64,000 nt of DNA. Origin: Antedon mediterranea. Its lineage: Eukaryota; Animalia; Echinodermata. Of this stretch, positions 48,223 to 61,097 are shown one piece after another. A model generated the notes under the pieces. That model was not told the origin of the DNA. It worked only from the letters and a program-made list of their open reading frames with translations, and made no database searches. The translations under genes and the position numbers were made by a program. Within the stretch, counting starts at the first letter, position 1; every line of letters begins with the position of its first letter. The stretch covers positions 9,858,001 through 9,922,000 of the forward strand of contig NC_092680.1 in the NCBI RefSeq assembly GCF_964355755.1, in the 5' to 3' direction.

Positions 48223-50349
48223 ATTCTATTTTTTCCAGATTTTCATACTTTGCTTTTACTTTTTTTAAAGACGTTGAGCTGATGAAGACTGGAACAGAGG
48301 TCACCCAAAGACAACAATGATAGACTCGGTATTGGAATATGATTGGATATTGCAGGAAAAATATTTCTGACTATCCTGCTGCATTCGGCCAATATGTTCT
48401 TGTCCAGCTTGTAAAATATTGTATAATTTTTTTTGTATTATATGTACAGTATATTATTTTGTAAACATAACATTCAATAAATAAAAAAGAACTACTACAA
48501 CAGTACACAGGATAAATTCTTCAAATTTACTTACACTTCATAATTTTACTGTAAATATTACAGTGCAAAAGTAGTTAATAAAATATATATATACAGTATA
48601 TCTTATTGAATCACTGTATTGTTTTTTGTGTCAATTTGTCTACTAATTATCAATGTGTTGATTGTGGCAGTAATTACGACAGCTATAGTCTTCTAAGATC
48701 GCTAACATCCATTACAAAGTGTCATTTTAATAGTAAGAAACGTTTCAATAAATTGTGAATGTTGCCACTGTACGATACATGTTATGTTTCTCACTACTTG
48801 GTCTTATTGTTCAATCAATCAACCTAAAAAAAAAAAGAAATTTGTGTCAAAATATCTGCATAAAATGTTTATTTGCGGAATGTTTATTTGAACCTATTGC
48901 ATTTGATACAGTAAATATTTTTTAAATATTGCATCAGTAAAACATCCAAAACAATATTTAGATTTTCTTTTTTTTTAAATTTTCACTGCCGAATAGATAG
49001 TTGAAATCTTTAAAAATTAAACCAATTCATCGTGATTAAAACAAAAATACATCCCTTCTGGTGGTGGTCTACTGTAGCCCTAGCTAGCAGTGTACTGCCT
49101 AGGCCTACTACACTCTACTTCTAGAGACAGAAGTAGGCAGCAGTTAGGCTACTCGAGACTGTCAGTGCTAGTAGTAGTAGACTAGTAGTACAGTAGCAGC
49201 AAATTCGGGCCTAGCTAGGCCTCTCCTGTTAGCGAAACAAAAACTCACCTAAATGAATAAGATTCAACATCAAAGTTACCAACTGTAATTCTAACTTAGC
49301 ATTCTGCTAGCTATAGTTTTCGTGTTTTCTTCAAGATTCGTCTCGCATCACTACTCGACTCTCTCGCACGCATGGCATTGCTATCGTTGTTGGCTGTTGA
49401 TTTGGAAAGCGTCATCATCCACACGATGTATCCATACAATATGAATATTTATGAGCTAACTCAGGTCAAGGGTTAAATTAAACCGGAACACATTTGTCTT
49501 CCAGACAAATAGCTTCCGGTTGGTTAATTTTTGCATTAAATTGCGATTTTCCCGTGTAAAAAATTATTTTTTTCAATCCAAATTGAGGTCAAAGTGAATA
49601 ACTTTTATGTGCAATTAAAATGGCCTATTCAACAAAAATATCGAAAAAAAAATTTTTTTCAGGGGGACAATACATCTTTAAGCGAGAGAGATCTAAATGT
49701 AATTTTATAGTATTTTTGAAAACAGCCTCGCGTTTTGAAGTTTCGAAGATTTTTTTTGGAAAATTCGCGTATTTTGGAAAACTGTGCCTTCAAGTTGGAG
49801 GGTATGTCGGATAACTTTCTTTTTGTAGAAAATTAATAGCGCTACAAAACTTGTTTTAAGTTGGATAATTTTCCTAATTTAGAAAATTAATAGTAGCCTC
49901 AAGTTGAAGTATTTTGGAACAAGTGCCACAACAATTATATTGGAGAAATTGCGTATTTATGCAAATAATTAGCGCCCTCAAGTTGACGTATTTTGGAAAA
50001 TTACTAGCGGTCCCAAATTGACGTATTTTGGACAAATCGCGTATTTTGGAAAATGAATAGCGCCCTCAGGTTGACGTATTTTGGACAATTCGCGTATTTT
50101 GGAAAATGAATAGCGCCCTCAAGTCGACGTATTTTGGAAAGACTCGCGTATTTTGGATTAGTATAGCGCCCTTAACTTGACGTATTTTGGAAAAAATTCT
50201 GCGTATTTTGGACTGAATTTCACCAACCCTATTGGAGTCTATCCTTACAAATTAAGTGCTTTATTTCTATTATTCGCTTTATGTATCATTGAAATGGATA
50301 AAAATAGATTTCTTTTTAAATAATTATACGTTTCAACTAAGAAAAACTA

Positions 50350-50635
50350 ATAGAAATGAACAGTGTTTGGTTAAACAAGTGAAAGATCTGCTTTGTTCCA
50401 CTGGCTACGGTTAAGTCTGGTACGATCAGAAAGTTGAAAAACAAATTAATTAATTAGAGATTGAATTATGGTATCATTTATTAAATATTACAGATAGGAA
50501 ACGTAAAAGACAAAATTTCGTTTAGGAGTTCTAGATCTCCAAGTTGAAAAGGGTAGATGGAACAAAATTCCACTTCAAGGCCGTTTACGTAAATTTTGTA
50601 ATTTAAGTTTAATAGAAGATGAAATTCACTGCCAG
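50350..50635 (+). mobile_element. RTE-X-like LINE C-terminal remnant
   Basis: LQVEKGRWNKIP..RL.KFCNL..IEDEIH resembles 9940-10035. Confidence 0.6.
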
Positions 50636-50829
50636 CGGAAGTACAGCGTCATAAAACTGTCTGTAAGTTTGCCCCATATACAGTAGTAGACAAGAATGAA
50701 GTGATAGAACTTTACAGGGATATACACACACTACGGCGTTATAAGTATTAATATCAAGGTAAATAAACCCATTACAGACCAAATAGTCCAGTGAAAATAT
50801 GGTTGAACCTAGAACAAATTGCAACAGAA

Positions 50830-51597
50830 CATCGGGAAGTGGATTAATTAGCATAAATTCAAAATGGCCGCCATTTGCTATTTTAAAGGCCTGTATCTCC
50901 TTAACGGTTGGATTTAAACCACCTAAGTGCATTACGGGTAGATATTATATTAAACATTCTAATTAGCATATTTAAATTCCCATATAACGTACCTATGACG
51001 TCATATGGTAGTGTTATAACTGCTTAAATGACATTATATTATGCGAACAATTTACAAACTGCAGGAAGACAAGTTTCTTAACATTCTCCTTGTTGAAATA
51101 AACATCATTCCCAAAGTTTACCAAAATCGGACACTAGGAAGTGGGTTAATTAGTATACATTCAAAATGGCCGCTATTTACTATACCATTTTGAAGCTCCG
51201 TATCTCCTTAACGGTTAAATTTAGACCACCTAAGTGCATTGCGAGTAGATATAAATCTGATATTGAACTTCCCAATGAGCACATTTAAATTACCATATGA
51301 CGTAACTATGACTTCATAAGGTAGTTGTGACGTCATATATTATGTTATAACTACTTAAATGACATTATCCTATTCTAATAAATGTAGAAACTGCAGGAAA
51401 ACAAAACATTTTCCTGTTGAAATGAACATGATATCCAAAGTTTACCAAAATCGGACTTCAATAAGGGGGTTAATTAGCATAAATGTAAAATGGCCGCTAT
51501 TTACTATACCATTTTGCACCTATGTGCATTAAGAGTAGATATAAATGTGATATTAAAAGTTTCAATTAGCATTTAAATTACTATATGACGTACCTAT
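50830..51597. repeat. ~310-bp tandem repeat (about 2.5 copies) of a non-autonomous element; inverted copy at ~53215-53420
   Basis: GGAAGTGG.TTAATTAG.ATA.ATTCAAAATGGCCGC..GTATCTCCTTAACGGTT..CCACCTAAGTGCATT recurs. Confidence 0.75.
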
Positions 51598-51604
51598 GCG
51601 TTTT

Positions 51605-52290
51605 AGCCTACCACACCTCTATTACTGCAATATAATATGGGGAAATGAATATCCAACAAACTTAGAAAAAATACATAAATTACAAAAACGTATAGCTAGA
51701 ATGATTACAAACTCACCGATGAGAACAGCCTCCAAACCACTATTACAAAGTTTAAAAATGTTAAATATATACGATATATATAAAATTCAAATTGCATGCT
51801 TTATGTTCAAATATCATCTCCAAGAACTTCCCATCTCTATAAACAACTTGATTGATTTAAACCCTAAAACTGATCGCTTAAAAGACATTAAGAAACGCAA
51901 ATAAGATATACATTCCACACAGTAGACTAGAAATAAATAAAAGATCAATTTTCATTGAAGGACCATCTTACTGGAATAAACTCCAGTCTACTCTAGAACA
52001 AAATCACATGACCTTGCTCCCTATATTAAAGTACAATATTAAAAAGATGATATTTGAAACATATTGCTAGCTACTATTGCTACTGCACAATGGAGTTGTA
52101 AGTATTTTGCTTAATCTCACTTTGTTTTTTTCTTTTTCTGTCTCAAAATGTCATTTTTGTTGTTGTTATGTAATGCGTCCGTCTATGTTTTATGTTTAGA
52201 CTACAAAGACAAGCCACTTTGGCTTCTGTGTATCTAACCCATAAAACTGTTAAATGTTGAATAAATGTTGTTAAATATAAAAAAAATACT
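51605..52290 (+). mobile_element. L2/Crack-like LINE 3' fragment
   Basis: PHLYYCNIIWG..LQKRIARMIT..LKMLNIYDIY; GPSYWNKL; 3'UTR with AATAAA. Confidence 0.75.
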
Positions 52291-53759
52291 GACAATCTCG
52301 GAAATACTATGACATAATATGGTAAATGTGATGTCATAAAATGTCACAATACTGTTCAAATGACATATCCTATAGGGAAAATGTAAAATCTATTGAAATT
52401 TATCCTTAAGTATGATCCTTATTTACAAAATCTCATAAAACCATTAATTCTACAGAACAGTTATAAAAGGTTGTGATCATCAACTGTAATTCCGCAACTG
52501 ATTTGCACACAACTTACTTGTTTTGTGTTTCCTACAACTGCATCTTTTAGAACCTCATATCTTTAAATAAAAAATATTGTAACGAGGCCATTGTCTGTTG
52601 GTCAGGCTATTCAAACCCAACCCACAAACTCATCTCAATTCCCCATCCAAAATTAAAAATTAAATGATAAATGTCATACTTTCCCTTCATTAATAAAAAA
52701 CGATTGCGTTTTAAGACAGAAGAAGCAAACAGTAGTGGAATAATCAGTAGTTAAAGAAAACATCTTAAGGAGCAAATTTGCAACATCTTTGTAACGCTCT
52801 GCACTTGCAAAGAAAGAGAAGGGCGAATTATATTCGAAGCAAGAACTGTTCAGTCCAAAATTAACATGCTGTGCCTACATGTATGATGGAAGTATTTTGA
52901 CGGCACCAACTATTACATTTTCTATGTATGTACTTTGGATAGGAAACTCTGATATTTAGGATGGGGTCGAATTTTTAAACCCCAGACTCATTACAGACTT
53001 AATAATCTCTTTTCTTTAAATATATATGAGATTGTAGTTATAAAAAAATGCAGTTGCAGAAAATTAACTGGAATGTTCTAATGCATGCTGTGAAGGGTGG
53101 TCGAATAACTTCAGATACCCATGATCTTAACCTGGAAGTTTTACTAAAGTACTACTTTCCTACGGCTTTTATATTTTTCGCTTAGAATATAATGCTAATT
53201 GAGCATTATTGTGACACAATATGACGTCATAACTATCTTATGACATCACAGGTACATTATATGGTAATTTAAATATGCTAATCGGAAAGTTTAATATCAC
53301 ATTTATATCTACTCGCAATGCACTTAAGTGGTCTAAAATCAACCATTAAGGAGATACGGAGCTTCAAAATGGTAAAGTAAGCGGCCATTTTTAATTTATG
53401 CTAATTAAGCCACTTCCTTCCTTATGTTGCAATTCACACTATCTTTGACTTATCTTTACTGGACTAAATCAGTTTAAGTCACTAAGAGTAATAAATTACG
53501 TTGTTTTGGTTTAAAGAAAAATTAAAACAAAATATTTAGTATTATTATAGTAACATGTAATTTAGGAAAGCCAAAAAAATGTTCGTTCTTTGTTGAAATT
53601 TGTTATTATTATATTATATAGAAAAATAATAATAAATAAATTTGGAAATTCCGCAAAGTGTTTTATCAGTGATATAACGCTTCAATTGTTACCCTTGCTT
53701 TGATAGGGTAAGCAGAGTGTAAAGAGTAACCTGCAAACAATGGTTAGACTTATAGATAT

Positions 53760-54620
53760 ATAACAGATATATACAAAAGTTAGATTTGATGTATTTTTGC
53801 GTTAAATATTGAAACTTTATTAAGGTTACATTTGGACGAAATTGCATTTCTTTAAATGTTCAATGACCATTTGACCTACAAAGATGTCAATATATGTTAC
53901 GTTTTATTTTTTCACAATGAATATATCAATTAAGCAACCTACACAGTACATATTAATACCAAAAATATGCAAATGTGATCACTAAATACAAATTTATTAA
54001 TAAAAATGTAACTTTCTTATTTATTGTGTCTATTGGTTTAAGAAAACATTAGTTTGCATAAGATATCTTGTATTTTTGTGTTTAAAATTGAAATTTATAA
54101 GTTAATTTAGAAGAAATTGCATTTTTGACCTCTAAAGACATCAATAGATATTGGATTCATTTTTTAAAGCATATTACAAATATATTAAAATAAAGAAATC
54201 AATACACTACATACTGATAACAAGAAAATGTAAATCTGTTCACTAAATCTTAAGTTATTTGCAAAAATGTTACCCCCTACCCCATAATTGTCACAAATTA
54301 CTAATGACGAAAAATGTTCTTTATAATGAACAGCATATTCTATTTTGAAAAAATGTTAACTTCAATTTTCTTATTTATTGTGTCTATAGGTTTAAGAAAA
54401 CATTAGTTTTTGTTAAAAACTGAAAGTTATAAGTTAATATTAGAAATGACCTATAATGGCGTTAATAATTGTTGAATTTACTTAGAAAAATATATTACAC
54501 TTAAGCAATCTATACACTACATATTGATACCAAGAAAATGCAAATCTGTTCATTAAATCCAGAGTTATTAGCAAAAGTGTTACCCCTACCCCAAAATTTT
54601 GTGTTGCATATTTTCCGTAG
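53760..54620. repeat. Diverged ~350-bp tandem repeat
   Basis: TTTCTTATTTATTGTGTCTAT.GGTTTAAGAAAACATTAGTTT and ACACTACATA.TGATA.CAAGAAAATG.AAATCTGTTCA blocks recur. Confidence 0.65.
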
Positions 54621-57600
54621 ACAGTGTTATATAATCCTAAAAAAATGACTATTAAGCTGTACAATTGGCATTGCTATCATGGATTTCTGAAAATTAGACA
54701 TTTTAGGCTTTCCGAAAATGTATGGTAGCATTTGCCATCAATTTGATACCGAAAAAATGTCTGGCCCATGGACTAATAATTCATTTATTGTAAATCAGTA
54801 TCAAGACAGTTTCGTCAAGCTGTCTCAATACTAATCGAAACCACAGTAAAATGTTTTCACTAATGATTAGACTTTTCTTTGTTGGATGTCATTGGTGTAA
54901 GTGACGTCAAACACGAAAATCACATTTTTAAATTGACTGAAAACAGTTAACGACCATTTTTGTGTAAATTTAACTTTGAATGAACAGTGAATTCATGCAA
55001 TTTTGAGCTGTCAGACAAGAGATACAGATTTAAATTAAATAGATTATTTATTATATAATACCTAGATCAAAAGTGGATTTTTTAACATCCAACATATATA
55101 AACACTTTACATTGAGAGTACTTGATGGTACTTTATACAAGCACATCAACAACTGAAAAGCTATTTAAAAAAAAGTTTTCGGAGTGCACTTTTGGCGGAA
55201 AGTGACATTGTACGGTATGGATTGTATTTTTTTTTTTAGAGTTAGAATGAATTCCGTTTTCAATCGGGTGAATACAACTGGTTAAGAGAATCAAATAACA
55301 ACTACCGTATTGAAGTAGATGAGTTTTATAGTCTTTAGTATTAGGTCTTCGGGTAAAAATCCTATCGTTCAATCCTGTTCCGATCTCTTAAGACTAAAAA
55401 AATCCTCATGATAATTAGTTTAATAATATTTTAAAAGTTATAACACAAAGTTTGACCCAAAAAAATGTGTGGTATAAAGAGAAAAACTGTACATTCAAAT
55501 GTCCGTAAATTAAATTTGTTCTACTGGTTTTGACCAATTTAAAATTGTATTCGTTCATCTAAGTATTATTTATTTGAATAAAATAGTTACTTATATATAT
55601 ATCTTCAAATAATCAAAATAATATATAAATGAATTAAAAATAAGCAAATAAATAGCTTAAAATAGTTTTATCCTAATCTAGTGCGACAAATATTTACGAT
55701 TTAACAATAACATGGCGTCGATTACGGATCACACATTTTTTTCTGAGAGTTCCAACAAAATGTTGATTCCACCATGAAAGCCGTGTTTAGGATGTTAGAT
55801 TTAATAAGGTTGTTGCTTGTACCAGATTGTGGATAGTATCTGCAAAAATATGAAGACTAAACTTTTTCATATTCGGATTTCGCCTTACTTTAATTGATTG
55901 TTAATATTATGTAGTAAAGGGGAACAGACGATCGGGACCATTTTTTTTTTCATATCGGTCGTGTTTTTTTTAATCGATTGGGTTTTATTGCATCGTGCTA
56001 TTTTGTATTTGGTGCACTAAATACATTTTCGTGATCATTATAATTCGTGATTGATTTTAAATTAGGTATGCCCATTGTTTATATTTTACCGTCTGGGTAT
56101 TTTTAGACGATGAGTATTAATGCTAATTATATATTTCCTTTACTTTATTACAGGTGGGGAGGAGAGGATGTGCTTTTCAAAATTGTTGTGAAAATATGAT
56201 TGTTTATAATTTTATATTATACTAATTAATTAAATGTTAACATTGTTTAAATGTAATCATTTTAATATAATAAACGTCAATGGTCGGATAAATTTGGTAG
56301 AAGATGAAACGAGAAAACCTCCTGTGCCCTGTTATTCTTCAGCACGTGATTTGTTGACCGTGACACACCGGGGATTCTCCTTAAAATAAAACGTAGCGTG
56401 TTACGACTAAACATCAAAGCGGTAATACTAATAATTGCCTACCAACATGGGAAACAGTTTGATTTTATGATACTTATTATTATGTCGATCGTCTGACATG
56501 CAGTGATTTGATTTGATTTGTATTTATTAGGAAAATCATCATAAAAAATACATAAGTGATAACATTAATTACTGACATTACAAATAAAACATTTATAAAA
56601 GATTTTCCAGGATAGCCCAAACAGCTTATTAGCTTATTTCCACTGGGATCCTTTAATGTAGTAGTAAATAGATATACAATTCCCCAGCCCTGTGGCACGG
56701 CGCAACAACGTTAACAGTCATTGGTAAGTTTAACACCTTATAAGCAAAATTCGTTTCGTGCAAGCTATGTGCTACACCGTACTTGCTTAAATGTTGATAT
56801 AATTAAATAACTTGTATTTGTATTTTATAGTAAAGAGATTTTTGCCAGGAAAAATTACCATTTGCCTACGACAAATAACATTTGAATCAATAATAATATT
56901 TCAATAAACAATAAATTACCATCTCATCTATATTATTAGTATTATTAATATTGGATGATAATATAATTACTCTAGAACATGTAGTTGGGCTAACTTAGTA
57001 ATAGTAGGCCTAGTATAATAATATATACGCTAGCGGCTAGCTTAGTCTAATTAGTCAGTGTAGTAGTGGGCCTGTTCCCTGTTTGTATAAAAACCAGAAC
57101 AAAAATGTGTAAGACTAAAATAGTATGTTTTTATTTATATATTAATTATTAATTTATTATCGCCATTAAATAAATGGTTTTTTTTCATTTACAGTAGTAT
57201 GGAATATAAATGAGACACCTATTATGCGGTATAGTTTCATTTTGCTGAAGTATCAACTACTAAGTGCATCATCATAAACAAGAAATATTTCTTACAAAAA
57301 ACGCTGCTCGCTTATTGAAAAATATTTTTTATTTCGAATGTTTTTGAATGAGTCATTTTATTGTCACATAATAGTTATTTTACCTGAAAAAAATGTAATC
57401 TAAAGCAACAAATACTTAAATTGTCTGTCAGACAATGGTTTTTGGGTTTCTTTTCTTTTTTTATATGTGAATAAATATTATTTTTTTGTTACAGAAGTGA
57501 ATACTCAATTTCTGTCACTTTAGTTAATTTTATTGCTAAGGTCAAATCTGGGAGTCACTTCATCACCCTAGATATTTCAATTGTGAAGTATCCTATTACA

Positions 57601-58442
57601 AACACAAACTTTAATGGACTGTTTCGATAATAATTCAATGAATATCTGACAGTGAATATATCAGAAATGCTTAGGGATTTGTAATTTTAGCATGACATGT
57701 CCTAATAGACTCTTTCACAGACGTTTTTTGGGTCTACTGTAGCAGCTGGAATCAATAAATCATAGTGGAGTTTCCATTTTCACAAAACTGTCTGTCCTTA
57801 GAACTATAACTGCTGCTTGCTTTAGCTTCTGATTGAGTAGTCCTAATGGGACGTAGCGGGCTAGAGCAGCAGCGTGAAAAACCTACTGTACCCTGAAGTT
57901 TGTTGGTTAGATATTGTATAGTGAAAAGAATTCACAAGGCAAAAACACAGAGCCAACATTCCTCAATGCTTACCGGTCTTGAGTACTATGACTACTCTAG
58001 ATGCTATTAGCCCACCTGTAAAGTGCCTATAGGCCTATAAACATTTTAAATTGAGTATTGTACAAAATGTATAAAAGCAATCAAACAAAATTAGTATTTT
58101 AATTGTTTGTGGTGGCCTAGTTATACTACTGTATTATTATTACCCAAGTCAAATAATGAAGCTTGTTTTTTTAAGTATTAGAAATGACAGTGAGCCAAGT
58201 AACTATGGAGTATCTATGGACTACTAGAAGTGCATTGTAAAATTGTTTCAATTACATATTTAAGAAAATAAACTACACACAATAGTCAATGATTAAAGTA
58301 AATATATATATTGAATCAAATTATACTATTAATATTATAGTGAATTTTTTTTATCTTTACAGGCTTAATTTCAAAGAAGGCTACTCATTTCATCAGAACC
58401 AATAACCTGTATGGCCTCCACGAGCAATGGAACTGTATTTAA

Positions 58443-58445
<3 letters not shown>

Positions 58446-58476
<31 letters not shown>

Positions 58477-58865
58477 TTTATTCGGCAAAAGTTCATAAAG
58501 TACATTTTACAATTCATCTTGCCAGGAGCAAGTAATAGGCATGAGCCCAAACAGAAAACTGCTCTTACTCCATCATTACTTATAAAATACAAAAATAACA
58601 AAACTAAGTAGCACAAATTAAGTCAAAATAAAACAAAACAAAACAAAGTTATAATGAGATACACCAATTAAAAATAAGCTGCATTGAATAAACAATATAA
58701 ACAATTACAGTACAACTTAATATTTTGAGATCAAATGTTTGATGAGTTGGGCTTTAAAGTCTGAAATTGTAGCACATTGTTTAATTTCATTGGGAAGTTG
58801 CTCCCATAATCTAGGGAAAATAACAAACGATGAATTTAAAAATGTATTGGTCTTTGCCTTCCAAT
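58446..58865 (-). mobile_element. L2-like LINE 3' fragment with (TTA)n tail
   Basis: Minus strand AKTNTFLNSSFVIFPRLWEQLP, then 3'UTR, AATAAA and (TTA)n. Confidence 0.75.
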
Positions 58866-59658
58866 GTATTAACCGCCCTTCACACCATTTAATAAATGTA
58901 ATACCTCAGCAAAGTACCAAAACAATGCAGGAGCACATGAATTGATTTATCAATGACCAATGTTCGAGAAGATATTCAAAGATCCCAAGCACCTCTACTT
59001 AATAAAGACAGTATTAATAATTTTTGACATTGTAGACTTTCTCCAGACACCATTTCATTTTCATAATGTTTTGATTGTTAACAACAAAAAATGTTATTTC
59101 AGATGGCTTCATTGGTAAACTTATAACTATGTTACAGAATAACATCAATATAAATATAAAGATGTCAAGTTACTAAGACTAGTTATTAGTTATTAGTTAT
59201 TTATACCAAAGGGTAAACTAATCTATGCATCTCTGTATTAAGTCAGATAATACAAGAAACAAGCAAAAATGTTTTAAAAATTCTATATTAAGATTGTTTC
59301 GCAGTGTTTTATTTTATGTAACGGCCTAGCGATGACGTTTAATCAAGTGCGTATTACCCTACCTATGATATTTAGGTCCAACTGTTATATAAAGAACAAA
59401 ATTATTAAGAGCTAGGCCTAAATTTGTTATTCTTAAGAGGTCGGAACGAGAGTGGTTATATTTCTAGCTGCATTTTTGCCTTCACCCGATGGCATATATA
59501 GATAACTTATTTTGGAATATGACGAGCATGTTAAGTTAATTTTTTCTATTCGTGGAACGTTTCACTAAACACATAAAACACAAGTTTTTATGTTTTCTTT
59601 CAATTCTTTACTTTGTGTTCTCTTTCAACAGAATCATGTGGTGGGTTCGAGTTGTTCT

Positions 59659-61097
59659 CTTTACTTAGGTGATATACTGGACGCAGGACTAAAGTCCTCT
59701 ATATCCAGATCCAATTGGTCCAATCCTGGTATTTTGAATCCTTAACTTGTGATCGTATATTACTAGTTGATTCCGCCAGAATTTGTCCAGACTTTCTTTA
59801 AACTGTTTAGTGAGGTTGCTGTCACAACATGTTCCGGTAATGCATTCCAATTATCGGTTATACAGTTACTAAAGGAAAATTTCCTTTTATCCAAATGGGA
59901 AACTTTCTTAGCTAGCTTAAGAGAGAGCCTCCGTGTTCTATTAGATACATTTAGTTTTAGGAAATCAGATACTGATTTATCATAATAGCCATTTAGAATT
60001 TTGAAAGTTTCAATCATGTCATTACGACAGAGGTGTGTTAGAACCAATGATCAGACCGTTTTTCCTAAATTATTTAAGTCTATCATTAGGCCTGTAATTG
60101 AATACGCTTCACCTGTCTGGTTTCCATTTCTGCAAAGCACCATCAATCAGATTGAATCTGTTCAGAGACGCTTTACACGATCATGCTTCCCACGTTTTTT
60201 TCACATGGATTATGACATGCGGCCGTCATACGAACGAAGGTTACGGACTCTAAAATTACCCACGATTTATAATAGACTTAAATTCATCCGTGTTAAATTT
60301 GTTGTGAAGTGCCTCTGTACAGATTTCCTAATTGATGGTGCTTTGCTACCTAAACCTGTTGAACGTAGAAGTGAGAAACTTGTTTTCAGACATGAGAAGT
60401 CTCGTACTAATGCTTTTTTTTATTCTGTTTTTATTTCATTTCCACGGATGTGGGATGAGATTCCGGTATATATAACAGACATGTTTATTTATAATGATTG
60501 CAATTTTTATTCTGTTTTATATAGATTCTATGTTACCGGGTTGTTAAATGTTTATCCTTGTTAATGTTATTTTGCCACCAGCACTATCAGGAGAGTCTTT
60601 TATAGCGATATTTTTTTGCTTTTTGACAATCCGCCAGGATAGTGTTCTGCGCTTTTTCTCTGCTTGTTGTTGTTCTATGTTATATATGCTTTTTGTATTG
60701 TTTTTGTATTATTTTTTCTGGATAATAAATGAATATGAATATGAATATGAATACGACATCTTCTATAGACCAAAGTAGGCAGTTTTAAAGCTCTTAATCT
60801 GTCTGAATAATTAAGCCCCTTAAGGTTAGGGATCAAACGTGTAGCTCTAGGTTGAACACTTTCTAGAAGATCTATATGTTTCTCTAAATATGGACACCAC
60901 ACAGAAACCTATAGCCTATTTGCCTTGTTGACCATCTCTGTTATATGCATTTCAAATGATAATTTACTATCTATTATAATTCCTAGGTCTTTCTCATGGT
61001 CGACATGTAGGAGATTTTCAGTATTACTATCTGGGTCCAATGAATACTCATATTGAATGTGTGTTGCATTCCTTCTTCTTAATTCCAAAACCTTACA
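59659..61097 (-). mobile_element. CR1-clade LINE 3' part inserted in the paralog's signal-peptide codons
   Basis: CKVL..EKDLGIIIDSKLSF..LESVQPRATR..LPTLVYRRCR|NDMIETFKIL..WNALP; CR1-like 3'UTR TGGATATAGAGG..CCTGCGTCCAG. Confidence 0.85.
60030..60751 (+). mobile_element. LINE 3' fragment nested in the CR1, with 7-bp TSD
   Basis: IRPVIEYASPVW..IESVQRRFTR; (GAATAT)n tail; TACGACA duplicated at 60023-60029 and 60752-60758. Confidence 0.85.

Larger units (their letters stand above)
44853..49677. mobile_element. Kolobok-like DNA transposon nested in the MULE
   Basis: Perfect 16-bp TIR AGATGTATTGTCCCCC / GGGGGACAATACATCT flanked by TTAA on both sides. Confidence 0.8.
43954..50229. mobile_element. 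MULE-like non-autonomous transposon with ~260-bp TIRs rich in CCAAAATACG repeats
   Basis: GGGTTGGTGAA..CAGTCCAAAATACGCA / reverse complement at 49970-50229; imperfect 10-bp TSD TATCCGAGTC / TATTGGAGTC. Confidence 0.8.

Noticed and set aside
48278-48310. CTGATGA as another hammerhead
   Set aside because: No stem II or GAAA core follows.
54700-58360. AT-rich region with scattered splice-like sites and short ORFs
   Set aside because: No coherent reading frame or TIR pair could be established by eye.
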